Shown piece by piece: positions 47,963 through 57,150 of a stretch of DNA of 64,000 nt. A program made the translations under genes and the position numbers. Position 1 is the first letter of the stretch; each line of letters opens with the position of its first letter. A model generated the notes under the pieces. The model was not told the origin of the DNA. It worked only from the letters and a program-made list of their open reading frames with translations, and did not search any database. The stretch comes from Lentimicrobiaceae bacterium (GTDB taxonomy: Bacteria > Bacteroidota > Bacteroidia > Bacteroidales > JAAYJT01): NCBI GenBank assembly GCA_037445555.1, contig JBBIKG010000018.1, positions 6,435-70,434 of the forward strand, in the 5' to 3' direction.

Positions 47963-50900
47963 CTAGTATTCATCCCAGGCCTTGATGCTCAGGTCATCAA
48001 GGTTGTAACGCGAAATGGCATAAATGAAAGCGCTTGCCAGACGGGCGTTGGTGATAAGAGGAATGTTGTAATCAATGGATGCGCGGCGAATCAGGTAATC
48101 GTTCTGAAGCTCTTCCTTGCCAAGATTTTTGGGTATATTGATGACAAGGTCGACCTCGCGGTTGCGAAGCAGGGTCAGGGTATTTGGTTCTGCACTCATG
48201 TCAGGCCAGTGGGCAATTGTAGTTTCAATGCCATTCGCTGCCAAGAAGTCGCGGGTGCCTTGCGTGGCATAGATTGTATGACCTCTTCTGAGCAGCATGC
48301 GTGCACTTTCGAGAAGCTCTGTCTTGGATCGCATGGGACCGGAAGAGATAAGCACGGCCTTCTGTGGGATGGAATACCCTACAGCCAGCAACGATTTCAG
48401 GATTGCTTCATAATAATCGTCGCCCAGGCAACCTACTTCTCCCGTGGATGCCATTTCGACCCCAAGAACCGGATCGGCAGAACTTAGCCGGGAAAACGAA
48501 AACTGCGGCGCTTTCACACCGATATAATCAATCTCAAATTGAGATTTGTCGGGCTTTTCGGTCTTGACCCCCAACATCACACGGATAGCAAAATCGATAA
48601 AGTTAGTTTTCAAAACTTTAGATACGAATGGAAGACTGCGTGAGGCCCTGAGATTACATTCGATCACCTTTATGTCGTTGTCGCGCGCCAGGAACTGTAT
48701 ATTGAACGGCCCGGTGATATTTAGCTCCCTGGCTATCTCGCGGCTTATTTTCTTTATTCGCCGGATAGTTTCCACATACACTTTTTTGGGTGGAAACATT
48801 ATAGTGGCGTCGCCCGAGTGTACCCCAGCAAACTCCACATGTTCCGAGATGGCATACACCAGTATTTCGCCGTGGTCGGCTACCGCATCGAACTCGATCT
48901 CTTTGGCATCTGTAATGAATTTGGATACCACCACCGGGTATTGTTTCGACACCCGCGTGGCAAGTTCCAGAAAATGTTGTAACTCACCTTCATTCGAGAC
49001 AATGTTCATGGCAGCTCCCGAAAGCACATAAGAAGGCCTTACGAGTACCGGGAAACCCACCTTTTCTGTAAACGTAAAAATATCTTCAACGGTAGTGAGT
49101 TCCTGCCATTCGGGCTGGTCAACGCCAATCTTGTCGAGCATGGCGGAGAATTTATGCCGGTTCTCTGACCTGTCAATGGATAGGGGCGATGAGCCAAGAA
49201 CCGGAACTCCGACATTGTATAGCCGCAGGGCCAGATTGTTCGGAATCTGGCCTCCGGTGCTTACCACAATCCCATGGGGGCTTTCCAGTTCAATAATATC
49301 AAGTGTGCGTTCAAAACTCAACTCATCGAAATAGAGCCTGTCGCAGGTGTCGTAGTCTGTGCTGACTGTTTCAGGGTTGTAGTTGATCATAACCGACCGG
49401 TACCCGCAGTTGTGAATGGTCTGGATGGCGTTCACGCATGACCAGTCAAACTCTACGCTGCTTCCTATACGGTAGGCACCGGATCCAAGCACAATCACCG
49501 ACCGGGCATCTTTCTCAAATTCGATATCATGGCAGTGGCCGTGGTAGGTGAGGTACAGGTAGTTGGTTCTGGCCGGATGCTCCGCCGCCAGTGTATCGAT
49601 CTGCTTCACACAGGGCACGATGTTGCGCTGGGTACGATGGCCCCTTACAGCAAGAATTTCACGATCGCTCTGACCTATGTCAGCGTTTTTAAAAACCAGC
49701 CTTGCTATCTGAAAATCACTGAATCCGGCTTGTTTTACCTCACGGAGCAAATCATCAGGTATATCCTCCAGACAATTATATGATTCGATTGAGGATTCTA
49801 TGTTGACAATGTTTTTGAGTTTTTGCAAGAACCAGCGGTCAATTTTGGTTAGTTGATAGACCTCTTCCACTGTCCATCCCTTTCTGAATGCCTGCGCAAT
49901 GGCAAAAATGCGCCTATCTGTTGGCCTGCTCAGAGCTATACCAATATCATCGGTTTCAAGTTCGCGGTTGGCTGCAAATCCGTGCATCCCAAGCCCTACC
50001 ATACGCAAACCCTTCTGGATGGCTTCTTCAAACGTTCGCCCGATGGCCATCACTTCGCCTACGCTCTTCATGCTGGAGCCTATTTCGCGTGTTACGCCAT
50101 GGAATTTATTAAGATCCCATCGCGGAATTTTGCACACCATATAATCAAGCGCGGGTTCAAAGAATGCGCTGGTCGTCCGTGTGATGCTGTTCGAGAGTTG
50201 ATGTAATCCGTATCCCAAAGCCAGCTTAGCTGCCACAAAGGCGAGCGGGTATCCGGTCGCTTTCGAGGCCAGGGCGCTTGAACGCGACAGGCGTGCATTT
50301 ACCTCGATCACTCTGTAATCTTCCGAGTCGGGATCGAGGGCATACTGCACATTGCATTCGCCGACAATACCCACGGTTTTGACTATGGCTATGGCTATCT
50401 TCCTGAGTTTGTGATACTCGCTGTTGTTGAGGGTCTGCGACGGAGCTACCACAATACTTTCGCCGGTGTGTATGCCAAGAGGGTCAAAATTTTCCATATT
50501 GCACACCGTTATGCAGTTGTCATACCGATCCCGCACTACCTCATATTCCACCTCTTTCCAGCCTTTGAGCGATTCCTCAACCAGCACCTGCCCGGAATAG
50601 GCAAATGCCTTCTCGGCCAATTGGCGGAGCTCATCACGGTTGTTGCAAAAGCCGCTTCCTTGTCCACCCAATGTATAAGCGGCACGCACAATGACCGGAA
50701 ACCCGATAGTATCACTCGCAGCAAGCGCCTCTTCAACCGTCGTTGCAGAAATTGACACAGGTGTTTTAACCTGAATGCTGTGCAGCAGGTCGGCAAATCT
50801 CTGGCGGTCTTCGGTATTGATGATCGCCTCTACAGGTGTGCCGAGCACTTTAAGGTTATATTTCTCCAGCACGCCTGTCCTGAACAAAGCTACACCGCAA

Positions 50901-51184
50901 TTAAGAGCGGTTTGCCCCCCGAAGGCAAGCAGGATACCATCCGGGTTTTCCTTGTCGATTACTTTTTCAACGAAGAAGGGGGTAACAGGCAGGAAGTAAA
51001 TTTTATCAGCCAGCTCATCCGATGTCTGCACGGTGGCAATGTTCGGATTGATAAGTACGGTTTCGATTCCTTCTTCCTTAAGGGCTTTCAGTGCCTGCGA
51101 TCCTGAATAGTCGAACTCGCCGGCCTCACCAATCTTTAAGGCTCCCGAACCCAGGATAATGACCTTCCTACTGTCGCTTCTCAT
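47963..51184 (-). CDS. carB: carbamoyl-phosphate synthase large subunit
   Basis: 1073 aa with duplicated ATP-grasp halves (VIILGSGALKIGEAGEFDYSG ... ; VIVLGSGAYRIGSSVEFDW ...) and an MGS-like C-terminus. Confidence 0.95.
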   Translation of the reverse strand: MRSDSRKVIILGSGALKIGEAGEFDYSGSQALKALKEEGIETVLINPNIATVQTSDELADKIYFLPVTPFFVEKVIDKENPDGILLAFGGQTALNCGVALFRTGVLEKYNLKVLGTPVEAIINTEDRQRFADLLHSIQVKTPVSISATTVEEALAASDTIGFPVIVRAAYTLGGQGSGFCNNRDELRQLAEKAFAYSGQVLVEESLKGWKEVEYEVVRDRYDNCITVCNMENFDPLGIHTGESIVVAPSQTLNNSEYHKLRKIAIAIVKTVGIVGECNVQYALDPDSEDYRVIEVNARLSRSSALASKATGYPLAFVAAKLALGYGLHQLSNSITRTTSAFFEPALDYMVCKIPRWDLNKFHGVTREIGSSMKSVGEVMAIGRTFEEAIQKGLRMVGLGMHGFAANRELETDDIGIALSRPTDRRIFAIAQAFRKGWTVEEVYQLTKIDRWFLQKLKNIVNIESSIESYNCLEDIPDDLLREVKQAGFSDFQIARLVFKNADIGQSDREILAVRGHRTQRNIVPCVKQIDTLAAEHPARTNYLYLTYHGHCHDIEFEKDARSVIVLGSGAYRIGSSVEFDWSCVNAIQTIHNCGYRSVMINYNPETVSTDYDTCDRLYFDELSFERTLDIIELESPHGIVVSTGGQIPNNLALRLYNVGVPVLGSSPLSIDRSENRHKFSAMLDKIGVDQPEWQELTTVEDIFTFTEKVGFPVLVRPSYVLSGAAMNIVSNEGELQHFLELATRVSKQYPVVVSKFITDAKEIEFDAVADHGEILVYAISEHVEFAGVHSGDATIMFPPKKVYVETIRRIKKISREIARELNITGPFNIQFLARDNDIKVIECNLRASRSLPFVSKVLKTNFIDFAIRVMLGVKTEKPDKSQFEIDYIGVKAPQFSFSRLSSADPVLGVEMASTGEVGCLGDDYYEAILKSLLAVGYSIPQKAVLISSGPMRSKTELLESARMLLRRGHTIYATQGTRDFLAANGIETTIAHWPDMSAEPNTLTLLRNREVDLVINIPKNLGKEELQNDYLIRRASIDYNIPLITNARLASAFIYAISRYNLDDLSIKAWDEY

Positions 51185-51248
51185 GACGTCGTTTTGGGGG
51201 ACAAAAATATCATAATTGATCCAGGCGAGGTGATAATGTTAATAAAAA

Positions 51249-51283
51249 AGTATAAATTTGCAGTCAAAATGAATAAATATGCA
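51249..51283. promoter_or_regulatory. candidate ARG box(es) overlapping the argR promoter and start codon
   Basis: TGAATAAATATGCA (51270-51283) fits TGMATWWWWATKCA at 14/14 positions. AGTATAAATTTGCA (51249-51262) lies exactly 21 bp upstream, fits at 11/14, and also contains a TAnnTTTG motif (TAAATTTG, 51253-51260). Confidence 0.45.
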
Positions 51284-51752
51284 AAAAATTGATCGGCTCC
51301 TGGCAATCGAAGAAATCATCGGCCATGAACGCATTGCCTCTCAGGAAGTATTGCTGAAAAAGTTGGAGGAGCGGGGTATAGAATGCACCCAGGCCACATT
51401 ATCGCGCGATCTGCGGCAGCTCGGCGTAAGCCGCATCCCCGACGGTCAGGGTGGCTACTGTTATTCGCTTTCTGGTCATCAAACACGCAGGCAGGATTTC
51501 GATGTGAGGATGAATATCATTCCGTTGGTAAGGGATATGATTGAAGCCCGCGGACTGATGCTGGTAAAAACAATCCCCGGTAATGCAAACACAGTGGCAT
51601 ATTTTATTGACAGTATGCAACGTTACGAGATTGCCGGCACCATTGCGGGTGACGATACTATTTTGGTAGTGCCACGTGATGGCGTCACCATGCACCAGAT
51701 TCATGATTGCCTTGAACGCATTCTGCCCGGCCTGCATAAACACCTTGAATGA
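51279..51752 (+). CDS. argR: arginine repressor
   Basis: RLLAIEEIIGHERIASQEVLLKKLEERGIECTQATLSRDLRQLGV is a winged-helix N-domain. The C-terminal region reads GTIAGDDTILVV. Confidence 0.88.
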   Translation: MQKIDRLLAIEEIIGHERIASQEVLLKKLEERGIECTQATLSRDLRQLGVSRIPDGQGGYCYSLSGHQTRRQDFDVRMNIIPLVRDMIEARGLMLVKTIPGNANTVAYFIDSMQRYEIAGTIAGDDTILVVPRDGVTMHQIHDCLERILPGLHKHLE

Positions 51753-51802
51753 ACCGCGTGAACAAATAATTGGAAAACTACCTGTAACTCAAAAAAACTC
51801 AA

Positions 51803-53035
51803 ATGAAAGAGAAAATCGTACTTGCCTACAGCGGCGGTCTGGACACTTCAGTAATTCTGAAATGGCTAATCGAAAAAGGAAATGATGTGATTGCTTTTGT
51901 CGCCGATGTCGGCCAGGATGAGGATTTCGAGGAGTGCCGTTACAAAGCGCTGCAGCTGGGCGCATCGAAAGTGATCGTATCCGACCTGAAACGGGAGTTT
52001 GTTGAAAATTATGTATTAAAGGCAATCATGGGCAATGCTGTGTACGAAGGAAGGTATCTGCTAGGAACTGCCCTTGCCAGACCGCTCATCGCGAAAAAAC
52101 AGATTGAGGTTGCCGTGGACGAAAATGCTATGGCCGTGGCGCATGGCGCCACCGGTAAAGGCAATGACCAGGTAAGGTTTGAATTATGCTACTATGCCCT
52201 GAAGCCCGATATCAGAGTGGTCGCCCCGTGGAAAGACCCGGAGTTTCTTAGTACGTTCAAGGGGCGCACCGACCTGCTCAAGTATGCCGCCGAAAAGAAC
52301 ATATCCGTCAGGGCCAGCATCGCCAAGCCTTATAGCGAGGACGACAACCTGATGCATATTAGCCATGAGGCCGGCATACTCGAAGATCCCATGTTTCCCT
52401 TTCACAAAAGCATGCTTCAGAAAATGGTGATGCCCCAGGATGCCCCTGACGAAGAAACGAGGATTGCCATTCATTTCAAAAACGGGCTGCCTGTGAAGCT
52501 TGTCAATAAGGACGATGGAACCATCATAAACGACAGTTATGAATTATTTACCTACCTGAACAGGTTGGCCGGCCGAAATGGCATTGGATTGCTCGATATG
52601 GTCGAGAACAGGTATGTTGGCATCAAATCCAGAGGAGTGTACGAGACCCCCGCTGCCACCGTGCTCCATATTGCACATAAAGATCTGGAAGGTATCGCTA
52701 TGGACAGGGAGGTTATGCGGCTCAGAAACATGCTTTGTCCGAAATTTTCCGAACTCATTTATTACGGATTTTGGTTTAGCCCCGAGATGGATTTCCTGAT
52801 GGCAGCAATCGAAAAGAGCCAGGAGCTCATCGACGGTTCGGTGCATCTGTGCCTGTACAAAGGCAACGTCATGGTCGAAGGAAGGGAATCTCCGTCGTCG
52901 CTTTATAACCAGGATTTGTCGAGTATGGACATCGAAGGCGGATTTGACCAGACCGATAGCAAAGGCTTCATCCGTATCAATGCTATAAGGCTCATGGCCC
53001 ATCGTGCCATCATCGAGGCAAGCAAGGAAAAGTAA
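51803..53035 (+). CDS. argG: argininosuccinate synthase
   Basis: [14 protein letters not shown] ... [15 protein letters not shown] ... SRGVYETP. Confidence 0.93.
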   Translation: MKEKIVLAYSGGLDTSVILKWLIEKGNDVIAFVADVGQDEDFEECRYKALQLGASKVIVSDLKREFVENYVLKAIMGNAVYEGRYLLGTALARPLIAKKQIEVAVDENAMAVAHGATGKGNDQVRFELCYYALKPDIRVVAPWKDPEFLSTFKGRTDLLKYAAEKNISVRASIAKPYSEDDNLMHISHEAGILEDPMFPFHKSMLQKMVMPQDAPDEETRIAIHFKNGLPVKLVNKDDGTIINDSYELFTYLNRLAGRNGIGLLDMVENRYVGIKSRGVYETPAATVLHIAHKDLEGIAMDREVMRLRNMLCPKFSELIYYGFWFSPEMDFLMAAIEKSQELIDGSVHLCLYKGNVMVEGRESPSSLYNQDLSSMDIEGGFDQTDSKGFIRINAIRLMAHRAIIEASKEK

Positions 53036-53066
53036 CTTTGTCACACACCTCAAAATTACATCACCT

Positions 53067-54407
53067 ATGAAGCTCTGGGAGAAAGGTAGCGTACCTAACA
53101 GATCAGTAATTGAGTTTACATCAGCCGATGACCGAATCACCGATATGGTGCTGGCCGAGTGGGACATTGTGGGCTCGATGGCACATGTCATCATGCTCCA
53201 TGAGATCGGGTTGCTTGGCGACCAGGAAAAAACAGATCTTTTAAAAGCGCTATATGCTCTTTTCGAAAGGGCGTCGAACGGCAGGTTACTTATCGAAGAC
53301 GGAGTGGAGGATATTCATTCTCAGGTAGAGAAGGAACTGACGTTGGCTTTGGGCGATACGGGCCGCAAAATTCATACCGGCAGGTCAAGAAATGATCAGG
53401 TGCTGGTTGATCTGCGATTATATCTCATCCGCGAGATGGATGCACTTGCCGCCAATACAGAGCGCCTTTTTCTGAAATGGCAGGAGCTGAGCGAGCGTTA
53501 CAGGAATATCATGATCCCGGGATATACTCATATGCAGCCGGCAATGCCTTCAAGCTTGGGTATGTGGTTTGGCGCATATGCCGAAAGTTTGTGCGATGAC
53601 ATCGCCGTTTTGGCGGCTGCGCGTACCCTGAATAACCGTAATCCCCTGGGAACGGGCGCCGGATTTGGATCAACGCTGCCTTTGAACCGCAGGTTGACCA
53701 CCAAACTACTCGGCTTTGACGGACTTATGTACAATTCGGCCTATGCCAGCCTGAACAGGGGTAAGGCTGAGATGGCTCTGGCTTCGGCCATGGCCGGTAT
53801 TGCCCAGACCCTCTCGCGTTTTGCAATGGATGTATGCCTGTATATGACACCGGAGTACGCCTTTATTAGCTTTCCGGACGAGTTCGTCACCGGATCGAGC
53901 ATCATGCCTCAGAAGAAAAACCCTGACGTGTTTGAACTTATCCGCGGGAGGGCCAACCTTGTACAAACCCTTCCCTCGCAGATTGCCGGCCTGGTTTCCA
54001 ACCTCCCATCCGGTTATAATCGCGATCTGCAACTGCTCAAAAAACTTATTATTACCGGTTTTTCTGAATTAAAAGCCTGTATTGACATTACCCTGCTGAT
54101 GCTCGAGCATATCCGTATCAACGAAAACATTCTCTGCAAACCGCAATACAATCCAATTTTCAGTACAGAAACAGTCAATCAGCTTGTAAGGGAAGGCGTA
54201 CCATTCCGCAGTGCATACAAAATGGTTTCCGAAATGGCTTCCGAAGGGAGCTTCCGGGAAACCTCCGTGCAGGACTATACGCATGAAGGAAGCCTCGGCA
54301 ACCTGTGCAATGTAGAGATAAAGAACCTGTTTTACGAACGTATGAAAAGCTTTAAAAGCAAGTCAGCCAGGGAACTGGCTGATGATATGCTGGCAGAGAG
54401 TCTTTAA
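53067..54407 (+). CDS. argH: argininosuccinate lyase
   Basis: MKLWEKG ... HTGRSRNDQV ... GYTHMQPAMPSS ... GSSIMPQKKNPD. The track start at 53004 overlaps argG. Confidence 0.92.
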   Translation: MKLWEKGSVPNRSVIEFTSADDRITDMVLAEWDIVGSMAHVIMLHEIGLLGDQEKTDLLKALYALFERASNGRLLIEDGVEDIHSQVEKELTLALGDTGRKIHTGRSRNDQVLVDLRLYLIREMDALAANTERLFLKWQELSERYRNIMIPGYTHMQPAMPSSLGMWFGAYAESLCDDIAVLAAARTLNNRNPLGTGAGFGSTLPLNRRLTTKLLGFDGLMYNSAYASLNRGKAEMALASAMAGIAQTLSRFAMDVCLYMTPEYAFISFPDEFVTGSSIMPQKKNPDVFELIRGRANLVQTLPSQIAGLVSNLPSGYNRDLQLLKKLIITGFSELKACIDITLLMLEHIRINENILCKPQYNPIFSTETVNQLVREGVPFRSAYKMVSEMASEGSFRETSVQDYTHEGSLGNLCNVEIKNLFYERMKSFKSKSARELADDMLAESL

Positions 54408-54439
54408 ACGGCCGGGAGTCCTGATTTGCAGAGGAAAAA

Positions 54440-55540
54440 TCAAGCTTTTATCTCTTGCTTTGCCATTTCGATATTCCTAATGAAGTCATCGAACAGAAAA
54501 TCGGTATCGGTGGGGCCGCCTGAAGCCTCAGGATGAAACTGTGTGGAGAAAAAGGGTTTGAAGCTGTGTTTCATCCCTTCGTTGGTTTGATCGTTGAGAT
54601 TGACGAAATAGGGCACCCACTCATCACTAAGCGTTTTGTTATCCACCGCAAACCCGTGGTTTTGCGAGGTTAGATAGGCCTTGTTTGTGCCAACTTCGAG
54701 CACGGGCTGGTTATGACTGCGATGGCCATATTTGAGTTTGTAGGTGTCGGCACCCGAGGCCAGCGCCATCAGCTGGTTGCCTAAACAAATTCCGAAAATC
54801 GGTTTGTTGCCTGCCAGCGACTTGCGTATGTGTTCAATGGTCACTCCGCACATTTTCGGGTTGCCGGGCCCGTTTGTGATGAACAGGCCGTCAAACTCCT
54901 CCTGGTGATAGTTGTAATCCCAGGGTACCCGAACGATGGTGGTGTCTCTTTTGAGCAGATGCCTGATGATGTTGTATTTCACACCACAATCCACGAGCAT
55001 GATCCGATATTTTCCGGAACCATAGGTGATGATTTCCTTTGTACTCACCTGGGCTACCAGGTTGGTTTTGTTAGGGTCAAAAAAGTCGGTATTAGTTCTT
55101 TTGTGCTCAACTTTAGCAAGCATGGCCCCGTGCTCACGGATGCGTTTGGTGAGGGCACGGGTGTCGATACCAAATATACCCGGGACCTTGTGAAATTTCA
55201 GCCAGTCACCCAGGCTCTCGGATGCATTCCAATGGTTGTATTCCTCCGAATAGTCCGAAATAACCAGGGCTGTGATTTGAACCTTTTCTGATTCAAAATT
55301 CTGCAGCATGCCATTCTCCATCGTTTTGAGAGGAACCCCGTAGTTTCCGACCGACGGGTAGGTCAACACAAGAATCTGGCCGCAGTACGAGGGGTCCGTT
55401 AGATTCTCGGGATAACCTGTCATGGCTGTATTGAAAACCAGTTCACCGGCCACCGGTTGCTCATAACCGAATGAATATCCTTCAAACCGGCTGCCATCCT
55501 CAAGAACAAGTTCTGCTTTCTGGTAGGTATTATGTTTCAT
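54440..55540 (-). CDS. carA: carbamoyl-phosphate synthase small (glutaminase) subunit
   Basis: LVLEDGSRFEGYSFG ... GICLGNQLMA (catalytic Cys) ... FSTQFHPEA. Confidence 0.93.
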   Translation of the reverse strand: MKHNTYQKAELVLEDGSRFEGYSFGYEQPVAGELVFNTAMTGYPENLTDPSYCGQILVLTYPSVGNYGVPLKTMENGMLQNFESEKVQITALVISDYSEEYNHWNASESLGDWLKFHKVPGIFGIDTRALTKRIREHGAMLAKVEHKRTNTDFFDPNKTNLVAQVSTKEIITYGSGKYRIMLVDCGVKYNIIRHLLKRDTTIVRVPWDYNYHQEEFDGLFITNGPGNPKMCGVTIEHIRKSLAGNKPIFGICLGNQLMALASGADTYKLKYGHRSHNQPVLEVGTNKAYLTSQNHGFAVDNKTLSDEWVPYFVNLNDQTNEGMKHSFKPFFSTQFHPEASGGPTDTDFLFDDFIRNIEMAKQEIKA

Positions 55541-55580
55541 GGTTTCATTAAAAAAGCGGCCATATGAGCCGCTTTTGGGG

Positions 55581-56918
55581 TTATTTAAGTTTATGGGTAA
55601 CTATGAAGGCGTCAAGAATATCATCAAGATCGGGTTTGCCTATCTCCTGCAGGTCATAAAAAACGCGGGTGTTCGGTTTTCTGATGTCAATTACTCTGTT
55701 CAGGTCGATCGGGGTGCCAATGATTACGGCGTCGCAATCGGTGTTGTTGATAGTAGTTTCGAGGTCTTTCATCTGTTGCTCACCATATCCCATCGCCGGC
55801 AGCAGCTTTCCAATATTCGGATAGATGCGGAACGTTTCAGCAAGCCTGCCAACCACATGAGGTCTCGGATCTACTATTTCGCTTGCACCGAATTTCTGGG
55901 CGGCGACGATTCCGGCACCAATTTTCATTTCACCGTGAGTCAGTGTCGGGCCATCTTCGACAACCAGCACCCGTTTTCCGCGTATGAGCGTGGGATCGCT
56001 TACCATGATGGGCGAGGCACCGTCAATTACCCGGGCAGATGGGTTGACACTGGCAATGTTCTCGCGCACGATGTTGATTTGTTCTGGAGCCGAGGTGTCA
56101 ATCTTGTTGATGACCACCACATCGGCCAGGCGAAGATTGACCTCTCCGGGATAATAGGTCAGTTCGTGGCCTGCACGGTGCGGGTCGGTGACTGTGACCA
56201 TAAGGTCGGGCTGGTAAAACGGAAAGTCGTTGTTTCCGCCGTCCCATAAAATTACATCGCATCCACCTGGATCATTCTCGGCTGCCCTCAGGATGGCTTC
56301 GTAATCAACGCCGGCATAGATCACATTGCCTCTAACCACATGCGGTTCGTATTCTTCCATCTCTTCGATGGTGCAGTGGTGAAGATTCAGATCGTCGATG
56401 GTGGCAAAACGTTGCACTTTTTGCCTGACCAGATCGCCATAGGGCATAGGGTGCCGAACAGCTACCACCCGCAGGCCGCGTCTCATAAGCAGCTCAATGA
56501 TGCGCCTCGAGGTCTGGCTCTTGCCACAGCCGGTTCGTATGGCACACACGGCGATCACAGGCTTGGTACTTTTTACATACGTTTCGTTGGGACCCAAGAG
56601 CATGAAGCTTGCACCGGCAGCGTTTACCATCGCACTAAGGTTCATCACATGCTGGTAAGACACATCGCTGTACGAAAAAATACATTCGTTGATTTTGTAT
56701 TTCATTATAAGCTCAGGCAGATCGTTCTGTGCATAGATGGGAATGCCTTCAGGATACAGGCTCCCGGCTAGTTCGGCAGGATACTTGCGTCCGTCAATAT
56801 CGGGAATTTGAGCGGCAGTAAATGCTACCACTTCGTAATTGGAGTTGTTTCGGAAGTATCGGTTGAAATTGTGAAAATCCCGTCCCGCCGCACCGATGAT
56901 TATCGCTTTCTTTTTCAT
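55581..56918 (-). CDS. uncharacterised P-loop NTPase of the COG2403 / cyclic-2,3-diphosphoglycerate-synthetase-like family
   Basis: The N-terminus KKKAIIIGAAGRDFHNFN is Rossmann-like. The Walker A-like motif is VCAIRTGCGKSQTS. Overall length of 445 aa matches my memory of this family. Confidence 0.65.
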   Translation of the reverse strand: MKKKAIIIGAAGRDFHNFNRYFRNNSNYEVVAFTAAQIPDIDGRKYPAELAGSLYPEGIPIYAQNDLPELIMKYKINECIFSYSDVSYQHVMNLSAMVNAAGASFMLLGPNETYVKSTKPVIAVCAIRTGCGKSQTSRRIIELLMRRGLRVVAVRHPMPYGDLVRQKVQRFATIDDLNLHHCTIEEMEEYEPHVVRGNVIYAGVDYEAILRAAENDPGGCDVILWDGGNNDFPFYQPDLMVTVTDPHRAGHELTYYPGEVNLRLADVVVINKIDTSAPEQINIVRENIASVNPSARVIDGASPIMVSDPTLIRGKRVLVVEDGPTLTHGEMKIGAGIVAAQKFGASEIVDPRPHVVGRLAETFRIYPNIGKLLPAMGYGEQQMKDLETTINNTDCDAVIIGTPIDLNRVIDIRKPNTRVFYDLQEIGKPDLDDILDAFIVTHKLK

Positions 56919-57150
56919 AAACGAAATTTTTGATTATATATTGATTTATAGATATTTAAATTAGAAGGTTGGACAAAGATAGTGACTTGCTCCCAGACGG
57001 AAATATTCACCGGACGAATATTTTGCTAACAGACGGTTAGTAAGTTGATTCGATCTCAAAATCCGGATCATTAATGGTATGATGTTCAGCATGATACATA
57101 CTACCTCGTATTGCCGAAAAAAAGGTATTTTTGCCAGTTAAATATTGGTC

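Noticed and set aside
56919-57144. ARG-box-like half sites (TGAATATTT..., GAATATTTTGC) in the divergent P-loop-gene / argS spacer
   Set aside because: Only the left half-site matches TGMAT. The right halves do not fit ATKCA in any register I tried.
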